Below are positions 51,067 to 58,883 of a DNA stretch of 64,000 nt, one piece after another. The stretch is from IMG/VR virus record IMGVR_UViG_3300030331_002523, positions 1 through 64,000 of that record; one strand, given 5' to 3'. Made by a program: the position numbers and the translations under genes. This DNA comes from a virus. The notes beneath the pieces were generated by a model, which was not told where the DNA came from, searched no databases, and worked only from the letters and a program-made list of their open reading frames with translations. The first letter of the stretch is position 1. Every line of letters starts with the position of its first letter.

Positions 51067-52122
51067 ATGAGAATTATATTAATAGTCATATTATTTTTAG
51101 TTTCATGTGTAGCACCAAAAAAGTGTTGTGCTCAGAATCCATTTGATGGTTTCTTTAAGTATTCAACTTTTTATACAGCTGTTAATGGAGGTAACTCTAT
51201 TTCAGATCAGAGTATATTTTCCGTTACAACCGGACTGCTAACAGAAGATATTGTAAAAACACCATTTGACTATTCAGCAACGTTTGGAGTACGAAAGATA
51301 CAGAGATTCCAGTATGAACCTGCAACACCATTTAAAGATGGAACAGAGACTTCATATAACGATGCAGCTACATTAGGTAGACTTAAAGGTAAGTTTGAGT
51401 ACCTATTTGAAATAGATTTAAGACGACAACAAGGCATTAGGTATATAGACCAACAACACTTTGTTAGGTATGTAGCTGACAAGTGGATGACGAAGGTGCA
51501 GTATATACAAGATGGCTTTGCAGACATAGAGTATTTCCAAGCATCACAAAGACTTAGGTTACTTTCAGATAAAAAGCTCTCTTTTAACATAGGGGCATGT
51601 CAGAGAATCTCACAACCATATGGGTTTGATCCTTTGTCTATTTGGTTGCTAGACAATGGTGGTATTCACTATACGTACCTAGCAATACAGGAAGGATACT
51701 CTGTAGATGTATACAATAGTGAGTATTACGATCCAAGTGGTAACTTAGTAGCAACGTCCCCAGAGGTTTGGGAAGAAGTGGTGATCCCCGGTGTTATCTC
51801 AGACTATGTTAGAGATGAGAAAGATAAACTTGCTAGGCAATGGGTACACTCTCTGATCATTGGATTTGACTATTATACTTATAAGAAAGACTTCTGGTTA
51901 CATTCCTGGGGTAACTTGCTTCCTTATCACTATAATGATGGTGGTCAGTATTCTTATCATAACTTCAATGACGGTGAACAATGGTTGGACTACTCTACTG
52001 GAATGATCTTTGGATACAAGATAACAAAGAACCTAGGGACCTTTGTTGAGGGAGTATATAATAAGTACTGGGACAGAAAGTGGTACGATTTTAAAGTGGG
52101 TATTAACTATTTAATAAGATAA
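51067..52122 (+). CDS. Probable outer-membrane beta-barrel protein
   Basis: Signal peptide MRIILIVILFLVSC; aromatic-rich amphipathic strands; C-terminal beta-signal-like WYDFKVGINYLIR. Confidence 0.65.
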   Translation: MRIILIVILFLVSCVAPKKCCAQNPFDGFFKYSTFYTAVNGGNSISDQSIFSVTTGLLTEDIVKTPFDYSATFGVRKIQRFQYEPATPFKDGTETSYNDAATLGRLKGKFEYLFEIDLRRQQGIRYIDQQHFVRYVADKWMTKVQYIQDGFADIEYFQASQRLRLLSDKKLSFNIGACQRISQPYGFDPLSIWLLDNGGIHYTYLAIQEGYSVDVYNSEYYDPSGNLVATSPEVWEEVVIPGVISDYVRDEKDKLARQWVHSLIIGFDYYTYKKDFWLHSWGNLLPYHYNDGGQYSYHNFNDGEQWLDYSTGMIFGYKITKNLGTFVEGVYNKYWDRKWYDFKVGINYLIR

Positions 52123-52125
52123 ATT

Positions 52126-52287
52126 ATGGCAAAGAAAAAAAAGAAAAAAGCTAAAAGAGATGCTTGTTACAATAAAGTAAGAGCAAGATATAGTGTATGG
52201 CCTTCAGCTTATGCATCCGGTGCATTGGTAAGATGTAGAAAAGTTGGTGCTGCTAACTGGGGTAATAAATCTAAAAAGAAAAAATAA
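52126..52287 (+). CDS. 53-aa basic protein (PSAYASG family; not in ORF track)
   Basis: Manually translated MAKKKKKKAKRDACYNKVRARYSVWPSAYASGALVRCRKVGAANWGNKSKKKK. Confidence 0.75.
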   Translation: MAKKKKKKAKRDACYNKVRARYSVWPSAYASGALVRCRKVGAANWGNKSKKKK

Positions 52288-52442
52288 TGGCAGTAAAAAA
52301 AACAAAAGCTAAAAAATTTAAAGTGCATATGATGTATAGCAAATCAGGTAAAGCTGTTAAAGCTGGTACATATAAAAAGCATTTAGAGTTAAAGAAGAAA
52401 GGTTACAATCATGATAAGCGTAGACTTAAAAAGAAAAAATAA
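52287..52442 (+). CDS. 51-aa Lys-rich protein (not in ORF track)
   Basis: Manually translated MAVKKTKAKKFKVHMMYSKSGKAVKAGTYKKHLELKKKGYNHDKRRLKKKK; TAATG overlaps on both sides. Confidence 0.7.
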   Translation: MAVKKTKAKKFKVHMMYSKSGKAVKAGTYKKHLELKKKGYNHDKRRLKKKK

Positions 52443-52663
52443 TGGCTAAAGAAAGCTTACATAAATGGTTTAGTAGAAACAAAGGAAAAGGTTGGATAGA
52501 TTGTAAGACCGGTAAACCTTGTGGAAGAAGATCAGCAAAGGGTGGATCTAAGAGACCATACCCTGCTTGTAGACCAACAAAAGCACAATGTAATTCTGCA
52601 GCTAGAAAAAAAACTGGCCCAAAGAGGATCAGCTGGAAAAAACGTAAAACTAAAAAAAAGTAG
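52442..52663 (+). CDS. Small basic Cys-containing protein (DUF5872-like, tentative)
   Basis: L.KWF...W.DC.TGKPCGR...YPACRP motif; coupled to neighbours. Confidence 0.65.
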   Translation: MAKESLHKWFSRNKGKGWIDCKTGKPCGRRSAKGGSKRPYPACRPTKAQCNSAARKKTGPKRISWKKRKTKKK

Positions 52664-52668
52664 AAATA

Positions 52669-52893
52669 ATGAATAAAAGATATTATAAAAAAGGTGGTCA
52701 AAAAAAGACTGCATGTATAGGCAAAGTAAAAGGTGTTGACGTATGCGCTTTAACAATGAGACAACAAAAAACACTTGAAAAACATTCTGTGCATCATTCA
52801 AAAAAGCACATAGCAATGATGGTTAATGCTATGAAAAATGGAGCATCATTTGGAGCTTCTCATAAAATGGCACAGAAAAAAGTTGGAAAATAA
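52669..52893 (+). CDS. Small basic protein
   Basis: HS.HHSKKH..MM...MK.G.SF..SHK.A motif; YYKKGG near the N-terminus. Confidence 0.65.
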   Translation: MNKRYYKKGGQKKTACIGKVKGVDVCALTMRQQKTLEKHSVHHSKKHIAMMVNAMKNGASFGASHKMAQKKVGK

Positions 52894-53195
52894 TGCCTAA
52901 GAAAAAAGATCCTAAAAAAGGCACTGGAAAGAAACCTAAAGGGTCTGGTAGAAGACTTTATACTGATGAGAATCCAAAGGATACTGTTAAGATAAAGTTT
53001 GCTACTCCTGCTGATGCACGTGCAACTGTAGCTAAGGTTAAAAAAATTAAAAAACCTTTTGCTAGAAAGATACAGATTTTAACTGTTGGAGAGCAACGAG
53101 CAAAGGTTATGAAGAAGATGCAGGTTGCTGCAATATTTAAAAGAGGTAAAGAAGCAATAAGAAAAAAAAATAAGAAAAATGTCAAAAAGAAGTAA
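52893..53195 (+). CDS. Small basic protein (RRLYTDENP family)
   Basis: KKGTGKKPKGSGRRLYTDENPKDTV motif; TAATG coupling. Confidence 0.7.
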   Translation: MPKKKDPKKGTGKKPKGSGRRLYTDENPKDTVKIKFATPADARATVAKVKKIKKPFARKIQILTVGEQRAKVMKKMQVAAIFKRGKEAIRKKNKKNVKKK

Positions 53196-53445
53196 AAAAG
53201 GTGGAATGTCAGGCTGTACAATCAAGAATGGTTGTAAAAGCAAGTCAGGTGGTCTTACTGCTAAGGGCCGTAAGATGATTAATAGAAAAACTGGGTCTAA
53301 ACTTAAAGCACCACAGCCTGGAGGTGGACCACGTAAAAGATCTTTTTGTGCAAGAAACCTAGGTCAGATTAAAAAGTTTAGAATAGATTGCAGAAAGACT
53401 CCTAAGAAAAGAGCTTGTCTAGCAAGAAAAAGATGGAAGTGCTAG
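53179..53445 (+). CDS. Small basic protein (DUF6321-like, tentative)
   Basis: GGLTAKGR...GSKLKAP...RKRSFCAR...RWKC motif. Confidence 0.65.
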   Translation: MSKRSKKGGMSGCTIKNGCKSKSGGLTAKGRKMINRKTGSKLKAPQPGGGPRKRSFCARNLGQIKKFRIDCRKTPKKRACLARKRWKC

Positions 53446-53631
53446 ATGGCAAAGAAAAGATTAGATATTAAGAAAGCTATAAAAAAGCCTGGCTCACTAA
53501 CTGCTGCTGCCAAGCGTAAAGGTATGACTATAGCACAATACTGCAAGAACCCACCTAGTAAAAAGGCCGGTTATAGATGTAGATTTGCTAAGACACTTAA
53601 AAAAATTGCTAAAAAACGTAAAAAGAAATGA
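53446..53631 (+). CDS. Small basic protein
   Basis: IKKAIKKPGSL...R.RFAKTL motif. Confidence 0.65.
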   Translation: MAKKRLDIKKAIKKPGSLTAAAKRKGMTIAQYCKNPPSKKAGYRCRFAKTLKKIAKKRKKK

Positions 53632-54071
53632 GATCTGGAGAAATAAAAACAGTATTCCATAGGATAGAATCAGCAGGTACTTTACAAGTTATTGGTAATG
53701 CGGGTCCTTCAGGTGATCATGAAGATGGAACTAAGGTAAATAAAATCACCATATGTAATATTAATCCTTGTGCAGCAGGTTTACTACTTACCGTAGCTTT
53801 TATAAAAGGATCATTAGATGATTCATCAGCTCTTGTCCCTGTCAATAATGGATTTTATATATATTATCAAAAACCTTTAGCTTTAGGTGAGACACTGACG
53901 ATAGATAAGTATTATTTTGATAGAGCTTTCTCTTATGTAAAAGGATCTCCTAGTGATACAAAAGCTGAAGAGGACTTGCAAATTGCATTTAGAATAGATA
54001 TACCACCAAAGGGCGGAGAATGTGTAGTAAGTGGAGTAAAACCTGCTATAGATGTGCATATTACAAAATAA
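53628..54071 (+). CDS. Hypothetical beta-rich protein, possible virion protein
   Basis: I.ICN....L.V...P...GETL pattern; ATGA coupling. Confidence 0.45.
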   Translation: MRSGEIKTVFHRIESAGTLQVIGNAGPSGDHEDGTKVNKITICNINPCAAGLLLTVAFIKGSLDDSSALVPVNNGFYIYYQKPLALGETLTIDKYYFDRAFSYVKGSPSDTKAEEDLQIAFRIDIPPKGGECVVSGVKPAIDVHITK

Positions 54072-54090
54072 TTTTGTATATTATAATATA
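54071..54090 (+). promoter_or_regulatory. Candidate late-promoter motif, copy 3
   Basis: ATTTTGTATATTATAATATA, intergenic before 54116. Confidence 0.55.
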
Positions 54091-54115
54091 ACAATAATGA
54101 TGATAGTGATTAACT

Positions 54116-54331
54116 ATGTGGAGTATATTTAAAGATAAAAATGACATTAATGAGAAAGCTGTAGTAGGTTTTGCCTCTTTTATATTAATGGTATTATTTG
54201 CTATTGCTGATCTTATTACCGGCCTATCTGGGATGGAGCTTGTAATAAACGATGTTATATATAATAGTTTTGTAATAGTAACCCTAGGTAGTTTTGGAAT
54301 TAGCTCTCTAGAAAAAATTAAAAACAAATGA
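54116..54331 (+). CDS. Two-TM membrane protein (possible holin/antiholin)
   Basis: Two hydrophobic helices; INEKAVVGF...LGSFGISS. Confidence 0.55.
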   Translation: MWSIFKDKNDINEKAVVGFASFILMVLFAIADLITGLSGMELVINDVIYNSFVIVTLGSFGISSLEKIKNK

Positions 54332-54444
54332 AAGAATTCATATGTAGAATAGTGTGTTTGATAACGTTTAACACTGTATCACTAAAGTGGTGCGCAGACA
54401 AATGTTGTGGAAAAAATGATGATTGTTTAACTAAAAAAGATTAA
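54328..54444 (+). CDS. 38-aa Cys-rich peptide (not in ORF track)
   Basis: Manually translated MKEFICRIVCLITFNTVSLKWCADKCCGKNDDCLTKKD; ATGA coupling. Confidence 0.45.
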   Translation: MKEFICRIVCLITFNTVSLKWCADKCCGKNDDCLTKKD

Positions 54445-54448
54445 AATT

Positions 54449-54724
54449 ATGCCAGCAAATATGAATAAACCTTACAGAAATGGTGGAGGTTCTAAGAAAA
54501 AAATGAAAAGAACAAAAAGAAAGTATGGTACGGGTGGAACAGCAAAACCTATGGAATATGGTAATGGTGGAGCTTATGGACGTAGAATGGCACGTATGGG
54601 CACAGGTATGTCTATGCCTAATGATGTTATGAATATGGTTAGAGCTGCAAAAGGTAAGCAGATGAAAGGTGCCATGAAGTTATTTAATGCTCTAGCAAAA
54701 AAGCTAGGTAAAAAAGTAAGGTAA
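54449..54724 (+). CDS. Small basic Met/Gly-rich protein with repeated YxxGG motifs
   Basis: YRNGG, YGTGG, YGNGG, ARMG, AAKG within 91 aa. Confidence 0.7.
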   Translation: MPANMNKPYRNGGGSKKKMKRTKRKYGTGGTAKPMEYGNGGAYGRRMARMGTGMSMPNDVMNMVRAAKGKQMKGAMKLFNALAKKLGKKVR

Positions 54725-54888
54725 TGGGATTTAAAGGATCAAGAAGAAGCACAAGATCAGCTGCAAAAGGAAAACTCCTTCCAAAGGCGGGCCATGGTGG
54801 ACAAAAAAGTCTACTAACAAAGCTGTCTATGCCATCTAGACCTGCAAAAAAAGCAGGTGGATGTGGTTGCGGAGGACAAACACGTTAA
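54724..54888 (+). CDS. 54-aa basic protein (not in ORF track)
   Basis: Manually translated MGFKGSRRSTRSAAKGKLLPKAGHGGQKSLLTKLSMPSRPAKKAGGCGCGGQTR; TAATG coupling. Confidence 0.65.
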   Translation: MGFKGSRRSTRSAAKGKLLPKAGHGGQKSLLTKLSMPSRPAKKAGGCGCGGQTR

Positions 54889-54891
54889 TAT

Positions 54892-55287
54892 ATGAGTATT
54901 TTAAAAAAGATCTTTAGTTCCGCTGGAGGTGATCTAGTTGAATCTGTTGGTGGTGTATTAGATAATCTAATCACTAGTAAAGAGGAAAAGCTAGAAGCTA
55001 AAAGAAAACTAAAGGAACTCATCTTGAGCCATGAGGCTGAGATGGAGAAACAAATAACTAACCGCTGGACTGCAGACATGAACTCAGACAGCTGGTTATC
55101 TAAGAATGTAAGACCAATGGTGCTTATATTCCTTATTGTTTGCACAATGTTGTTAATATTTATTGACGCAGGTGCAATAAGCTTTGAAGTAGAGGAGAAA
55201 TGGACTGACCTGTTACAACTTGTTTTAATAACAGTTATTGGTGCATACTTTGGAGGAAGATCAATAGAAAAGGTAAAGAAGAAGTAA
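54892..55287 (+). CDS. Holin (GTA 3TM holin family)
   Basis: RW.ADM.SDSWLSKNVRP, then two TM helices, then YFGGRS.EK. Confidence 0.8.
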   Translation: MSILKKIFSSAGGDLVESVGGVLDNLITSKEEKLEAKRKLKELILSHEAEMEKQITNRWTADMNSDSWLSKNVRPMVLIFLIVCTMLLIFIDAGAISFEVEEKWTDLLQLVLITVIGAYFGGRSIEKVKKK

Positions 55288-55658
55288 TGTATACCTATAA
55301 TATTGAATTAATACGCTGCATAGATGGTGATACTGTTGATGCTTATATAGATCTAGGCTTTAGTGTTAAAGTTAAGAAACGTATAAGACTGCATGGTATT
55401 AATACTCCTGAGTCAAGAACAAGAGACCTTGAAGAAAAAGCAAGAGGGTTAGCTGCCAAAAACAGACTTAAAGCTATACTAGAAGGGGCCAAATCAATAC
55501 AACTAAATTCCTTTGGTGTAGGTAAGTATGGTAGATGTCTAGGTGAATTACACGTAGATGTGTTAGATGGTAAAGAATGCATAACTCTAACAAATGTAAA
55601 TCAATTATTAATCACTGAGGGACATGCTGTAGCATACCACGGTGGCAAAAGAAAATAG
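55287..55658 (+). CDS. Thermonuclease (SNase-like)
   Basis: IDGDT, RIRL.GI.TPE, GKYGR.LG motifs. Confidence 0.85.
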   Translation: MYTYNIELIRCIDGDTVDAYIDLGFSVKVKKRIRLHGINTPESRTRDLEEKARGLAAKNRLKAILEGAKSIQLNSFGVGKYGRCLGELHVDVLDGKECITLTNVNQLLITEGHAVAYHGGKRK

Positions 55659-55659
55659 A

Positions 55660-55812
55660 ATGAAAATAGATTGGATAAACGGCTTTGCAGCTGGTAACAA
55701 GAAAGAAAAGTACTATCTAGAGTTTAGATTAGGTACTTTTACTATATTAGAATTAAAGTGGGAATCAAAGAAGTTCAGATTTATGATCTGTAATCTAGGA
55801 TTTGAGCTATAA
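55660..55812 (+). CDS. 50-aa hypothetical protein (not in ORF track)
   Basis: Manually translated MKIDWINGF...NLGFEL; fills the gap between the nuclease and the promoter motif. Confidence 0.5.
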   Translation: MKIDWINGFAAGNKKEKYYLEFRLGTFTILELKWESKKFRFMICNLGFEL

Positions 55813-55832
55813 TTTTAGTATATTATAATGTA
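55813..55832 (+). promoter_or_regulatory. Candidate late-promoter motif, copy 4
   Basis: TTTTAGTATATTATAATGTA, immediately before 55832. Confidence 0.55.
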
Positions 55833-56107
55833 TGCCAGCAAAGAGAAACTATAAAAGGGAATATAAGAAGTTCCAGTCCTCTACTAAAGCAAAAAAAGAT
55901 AGAGCGGCTAGAAATAAAGCCCGTAGGCAGGGTCTCAAGGTTGGTAAAGTACGTAGGGGAGATGGAAAAGATCTTCATCACCCAAATGGACCACGCTCAA
56001 AAAAGACGGTAGTAATGTCATCTTCTAAGAACCGTGGTAAGAAAGAGAAAAGTAGAGTAAAGGGTAGTAAAAGAAACTACCCTAAAACTAGAAAAAAAAG
56101 GGTTTAA
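55832..56107 (+). CDS. Small basic HNH-like protein
   Basis: RNYKREY...RAARNKARR...GDGKDLHH...NRG pattern of small phage HNH proteins. Confidence 0.6.
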   Translation: MPAKRNYKREYKKFQSSTKAKKDRAARNKARRQGLKVGKVRRGDGKDLHHPNGPRSKKTVVMSSSKNRGKKEKSRVKGSKRNYPKTRKKRV

Positions 56108-56128
56108 CAAATAAAAAATTAAAAAAAA

Positions 56129-56494
56129 ATGGCATCATCAGTAACAACACAACTAACTATCAGTTCCAATAATGCAACAAGTGATACCTTGAGCATAGTA
56201 GTAAACAAAACATTATCAACTAAAGAACCTATTATAGGTATTGCAAGAGTATCTGTAGGAACAACAGCTGTAGAAGTATTTGCAAAAACTGTGACAGATA
56301 TAACTTATGCATATCTAAAGAATACACATGGTACACACACAATTACTGTATCAGACTCAGTTGCTCCAACAGCATTCTTAACTTTAAGTCCAGATGAATT
56401 TGCATTCATACCTATAAAGGCCTCTGCTGGATTAAAATTAACTTCATCAGGAGCTGGAGCTGTAGTAGAGTACGCTCTATTCACTAAGAGTTAA
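56129..56494 (+). CDS. Thr/Ser-rich beta protein, probable virion protein
   Basis: YAYLKN...L.P.EFAFIP...VEYA pattern. Confidence 0.5.
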   Translation: MASSVTTQLTISSNNATSDTLSIVVNKTLSTKEPIIGIARVSVGTTAVEVFAKTVTDITYAYLKNTHGTHTITVSDSVAPTAFLTLSPDEFAFIPIKASAGLKLTSSGAGAVVEYALFTKS

Positions 56495-56707
56495 GACATT
56501 CTCAATTAAATATTGTTGAGCCCATTCATATGCGGAAGCTGGATGGTTGAATAGTTTTCTTTTTCTTTTCAACCATCTGGCTCCTTGCTTTTCATAGATA
56601 GCCATTTCCCACTTTTGTTTGTTATATACGTTGATTTTCTTTTTTACAGGGTGACAAGACACCCAGATCTTATTTTCTAATAAATATAGTATGTCATCTT
56701 TTTCCAT
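56477..56707 (-). CDS. Hypothetical protein
   Basis: Abuts the SPL-like gene; last gene of the minus-strand block. Confidence 0.55.
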   Translation of the reverse strand: MEKDDILYLLENKIWVSCHPVKKKINVYNKQKWEMAIYEKQGARWLKRKRKLFNHPASAYEWAQQYLIENVLTLSE

Positions 56708-57544
56708 TTAAAATATATATCTTATAGTGTTTATATTAAAATACGTGGAGTATATCTTTTTGAAATCTCCAAGTAATCTCTTCTTATGTGCCAGAGGATA
56801 GCGCATTACTCCTGATGCATTCTTTGCTTCTCTAGAATACTTCATGATCTCACGTGCCTCATCACTAGCTTTTATCATTTGATTAACATGATTAGTAAGT
56901 GCAATAACTTCACACTTGTTCTCTCCTGCATAAGCGTTGACTTCAGAGAACAGATCATTATACTCTTCTCTCCAACCAGGATAAAACACCAGGGGACTGT
57001 AGTTTAAGTGTACTTCCCATCCTAGCATCTTAAGTCTATCCACATCTTTTATTCTAGAGTGGATCTTCTGCATCTTAGGTTCAAGAATATCTGAATACTT
57101 CTGAGGCATCAAGCTTACCCTCACTCTTGGTGGTTTTTTGAAATGATTCACATCAAGTTTAAGTAATCCTGGATACTTAGTAGCCATAGTACTATTTAAC
57201 CGGGGATGGTCATCAAAGCGCTTAAGGTAATCATGTAAAGGTTCAGGCATAAACTTTTGCATCAGAACTAAATCTGAGTTACAAGCTATGTCTACCATTG
57301 TATATACTGGATCTTGCTGGTTAGGTACTTTAGTATACCCGGCTTCCCAGTCAAGCACAGACTTAAATATGTCATTAACGTTTTGGTTTACAAAAACTCT
57401 TTTACCATTATATCTTGCCATATAACAATAGGTGTTCACACAGCCCCCCATACATCCGTAGATTATATTGGGAGCTATGCAATCAGAACTATTATTGTTG
57501 GTCTTTGTAACGAGAGTCTTTGTCTTTTGGTATTTGACTGCCAT
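56708..57544 (-). CDS. Spore photoproduct lyase-like radical SAM protein
   Basis: PN...GCMGGCVNTYCY Cys cluster, DIACNSD, ATK, RVRVSLMP, HLNYSP, MRY motifs of the SPL family. Confidence 0.8.
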   Translation of the reverse strand: MAVKYQKTKTLVTKTNNNSSDCIAPNIIYGCMGGCVNTYCYMARYNGKRVFVNQNVNDIFKSVLDWEAGYTKVPNQQDPVYTMVDIACNSDLVLMQKFMPEPLHDYLKRFDDHPRLNSTMATKYPGLLKLDVNHFKKPPRVRVSLMPQKYSDILEPKMQKIHSRIKDVDRLKMLGWEVHLNYSPLVFYPGWREEYNDLFSEVNAYAGENKCEVIALTNHVNQMIKASDEAREIMKYSREAKNASGVMRYPLAHKKRLLGDFKKIYSTYFNINTIRYIF

Positions 57545-57617
57545 TATCTATCTCTTTACTTATTATATTAAAAGCAACAATAAGAATTATAAAAAAAATT
57601 ATATGGCCAATAGTCAT
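57492..57617 (-). CDS. 41-aa single-TM peptide (not in ORF track)
   Basis: Manually translated MTIGHIIFFIILIVAFNIISKEID...; ATGA coupling to the upstream gene. Confidence 0.45.
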   Translation of the reverse strand: MTIGHIIFFIILIVAFNIISKEIDNGSQIPKDKDSRYKDQQ

Positions 57618-57928
57618 TCTTTTACCTTAAAAACTATTGTAGGAACCCACTCTGGTGGTTCTCCTGGATCATAATTACTTTCATAATGATTACTTTCTTC
57701 TAGGATTTCATAATCCTCTTTTAAATAATCTGTTACTTTTTTCCAAACTTTTCCAGGTACAATACCACGGCCATATCTAAACTTCATAATAAGTTTATCT
57801 TCCTGCTGATTGTACCTTATACTAGGAGAGTATTGATTATATTCATTTACTTTTAGAACATGTTCTATGATATAATATTCTAAATCATCAACGTTTGCAA
57901 CTTCATCTTTATTCCAATCCATTACCAT
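57614..57928 (-). CDS. Hypothetical protein
   Basis: 104-aa ORF overlapping the ung stop in operon fashion. Confidence 0.6.
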   Translation of the reverse strand: MVMDWNKDEVANVDDLEYYIIEHVLKVNEYNQYSPSIRYNQQEDKLIMKFRYGRGIVPGKVWKKVTDYLKEDYEILEESNHYESNYDPGEPPEWVPTIVFKVKE

Positions 57929-58632
57929 TCAATCTCTTTATGACCTAACTCTCTTAGATTCTTATTAATATTTATAAATAGATTACCTGAATCCCATTTA
58001 CCTCCTCTATATGCAGCCGCAGCTGGATGAACTACAAAATGTTTGTGATGATCATTAGAAATAGATTTAGCAAATGGTTTTGCTTTAGCACCCATAAATA
58101 CAAACTGAAGATTGTTAGGATGATCAGCTAAAATATGTGCAAATATACATTGACTCCAATGTTTCCATATATTAACATGAGCTCCTATGTTATCTACTTC
58201 ACATGTAAGTGCGGTGTTTAACATAAGCACGCCTTGCTTAGACCATCTACTTAGATCACAGTCTCTGGTTGCATCTGGATACTGTGTTTGTAGTTCATCA
58301 AATATATACCTCAACGATGGTTGTTCCTTATTAGTCTTTGAACAACTAAATGCTATTCCGTCAGCAACTCCTTCTTGAGGGTATGGATCTTGTCCAACAA
58401 TAACAACTTTAAGATCTCTATATGGGCACATCTCATATGCTTTAAGTAAATCAGGAAATTTTGGTGTAAACTTCTTACCATTATCAACTTCCTTAGCTAA
58501 CGCTAGTAGTGGATCAGAGAATGCTTTAGAATTTACTATATTCCAAAGCGCCTCTACCCAACCTTCATATGGACTCTCAGCAGCATCTGAGAGCTTATTC
58601 ATAAATTTTTCTTGAATTTCTTTAACGTCCAT
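57922..58632 (-). CDS. ung: Uracil-DNA glycosylase, family 1
   Basis: KVVIVGQDPYP, ADGIAFS, PSLR, W..QGVLMLN.ALT, HPAA; start reassigned to MDVKE. Confidence 0.92.
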   Translation of the reverse strand: MDVKEIQEKFMNKLSDAAESPYEGWVEALWNIVNSKAFSDPLLALAKEVDNGKKFTPKFPDLLKAYEMCPYRDLKVVIVGQDPYPQEGVADGIAFSCSKTNKEQPSLRYIFDELQTQYPDATRDCDLSRWSKQGVLMLNTALTCEVDNIGAHVNIWKHWSQCIFAHILADHPNNLQFVFMGAKAKPFAKSISNDHHKHFVVHPAAAAYRGGKWDSGNLFININKNLRELGHKEIEW

Positions 58633-58750
58633 CTTTATCTCTATTAATATTTTTATCAATACCCTTCTCTATCTGAGAAGCTATATATATGCCAGCAAGT
58701 ATTCCAGCTGCTAATACAAATATGTGAGTTGTTATGTATATTGTTTCCAT
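58622..58750 (-). CDS. 42-aa single-TM peptide (not in ORF track)
   Basis: Manually translated METIYITTHIFVLAAGILAGIYIASQIEKG... Confidence 0.5.
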   Translation of the reverse strand: METIYITTHIFVLAAGILAGIYIASQIEKGIDKNINRDKDGR

Positions 58751-58869
58751 AATTTTTGTTTTTTAATTAAAGGTTTTCCACAGCAAAGACAATCATCATA
58801 CTCTTCTCCTTGCGGTTGTATATTATATACTTTACAATGTTTACATCTTATAACTTTATCTTTATTCAT
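58732..58869 (-). CDS. 45-aa zinc-ribbon protein (not in ORF track)
   Basis: Manually translated MNKDKVIRCKHCKVYNIQPQGEEYDDCLCCGKPL...; CxxC-x14-CxxCG. Confidence 0.55.
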   Translation of the reverse strand: MNKDKVIRCKHCKVYNIQPQGEEYDDCLCCGKPLIKKQKLWKQYT

Positions 58870-58883
58870 ATGTTTAATTTTAG

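Noticed and set aside
52126-53631. Small basic proteins as true histones, HU or alpha/beta-SASP homologues
   Set aside because: No histone-fold, HU or SASP signature is visible; the similarity is compositional only
58816-58830. Extra GTATATTAT copy on the plus strand
   Set aside because: Lies inside a minus-strand ORF, lacks the T-run context and has no plus-strand gene downstream; plausible by chance in AT-rich DNA
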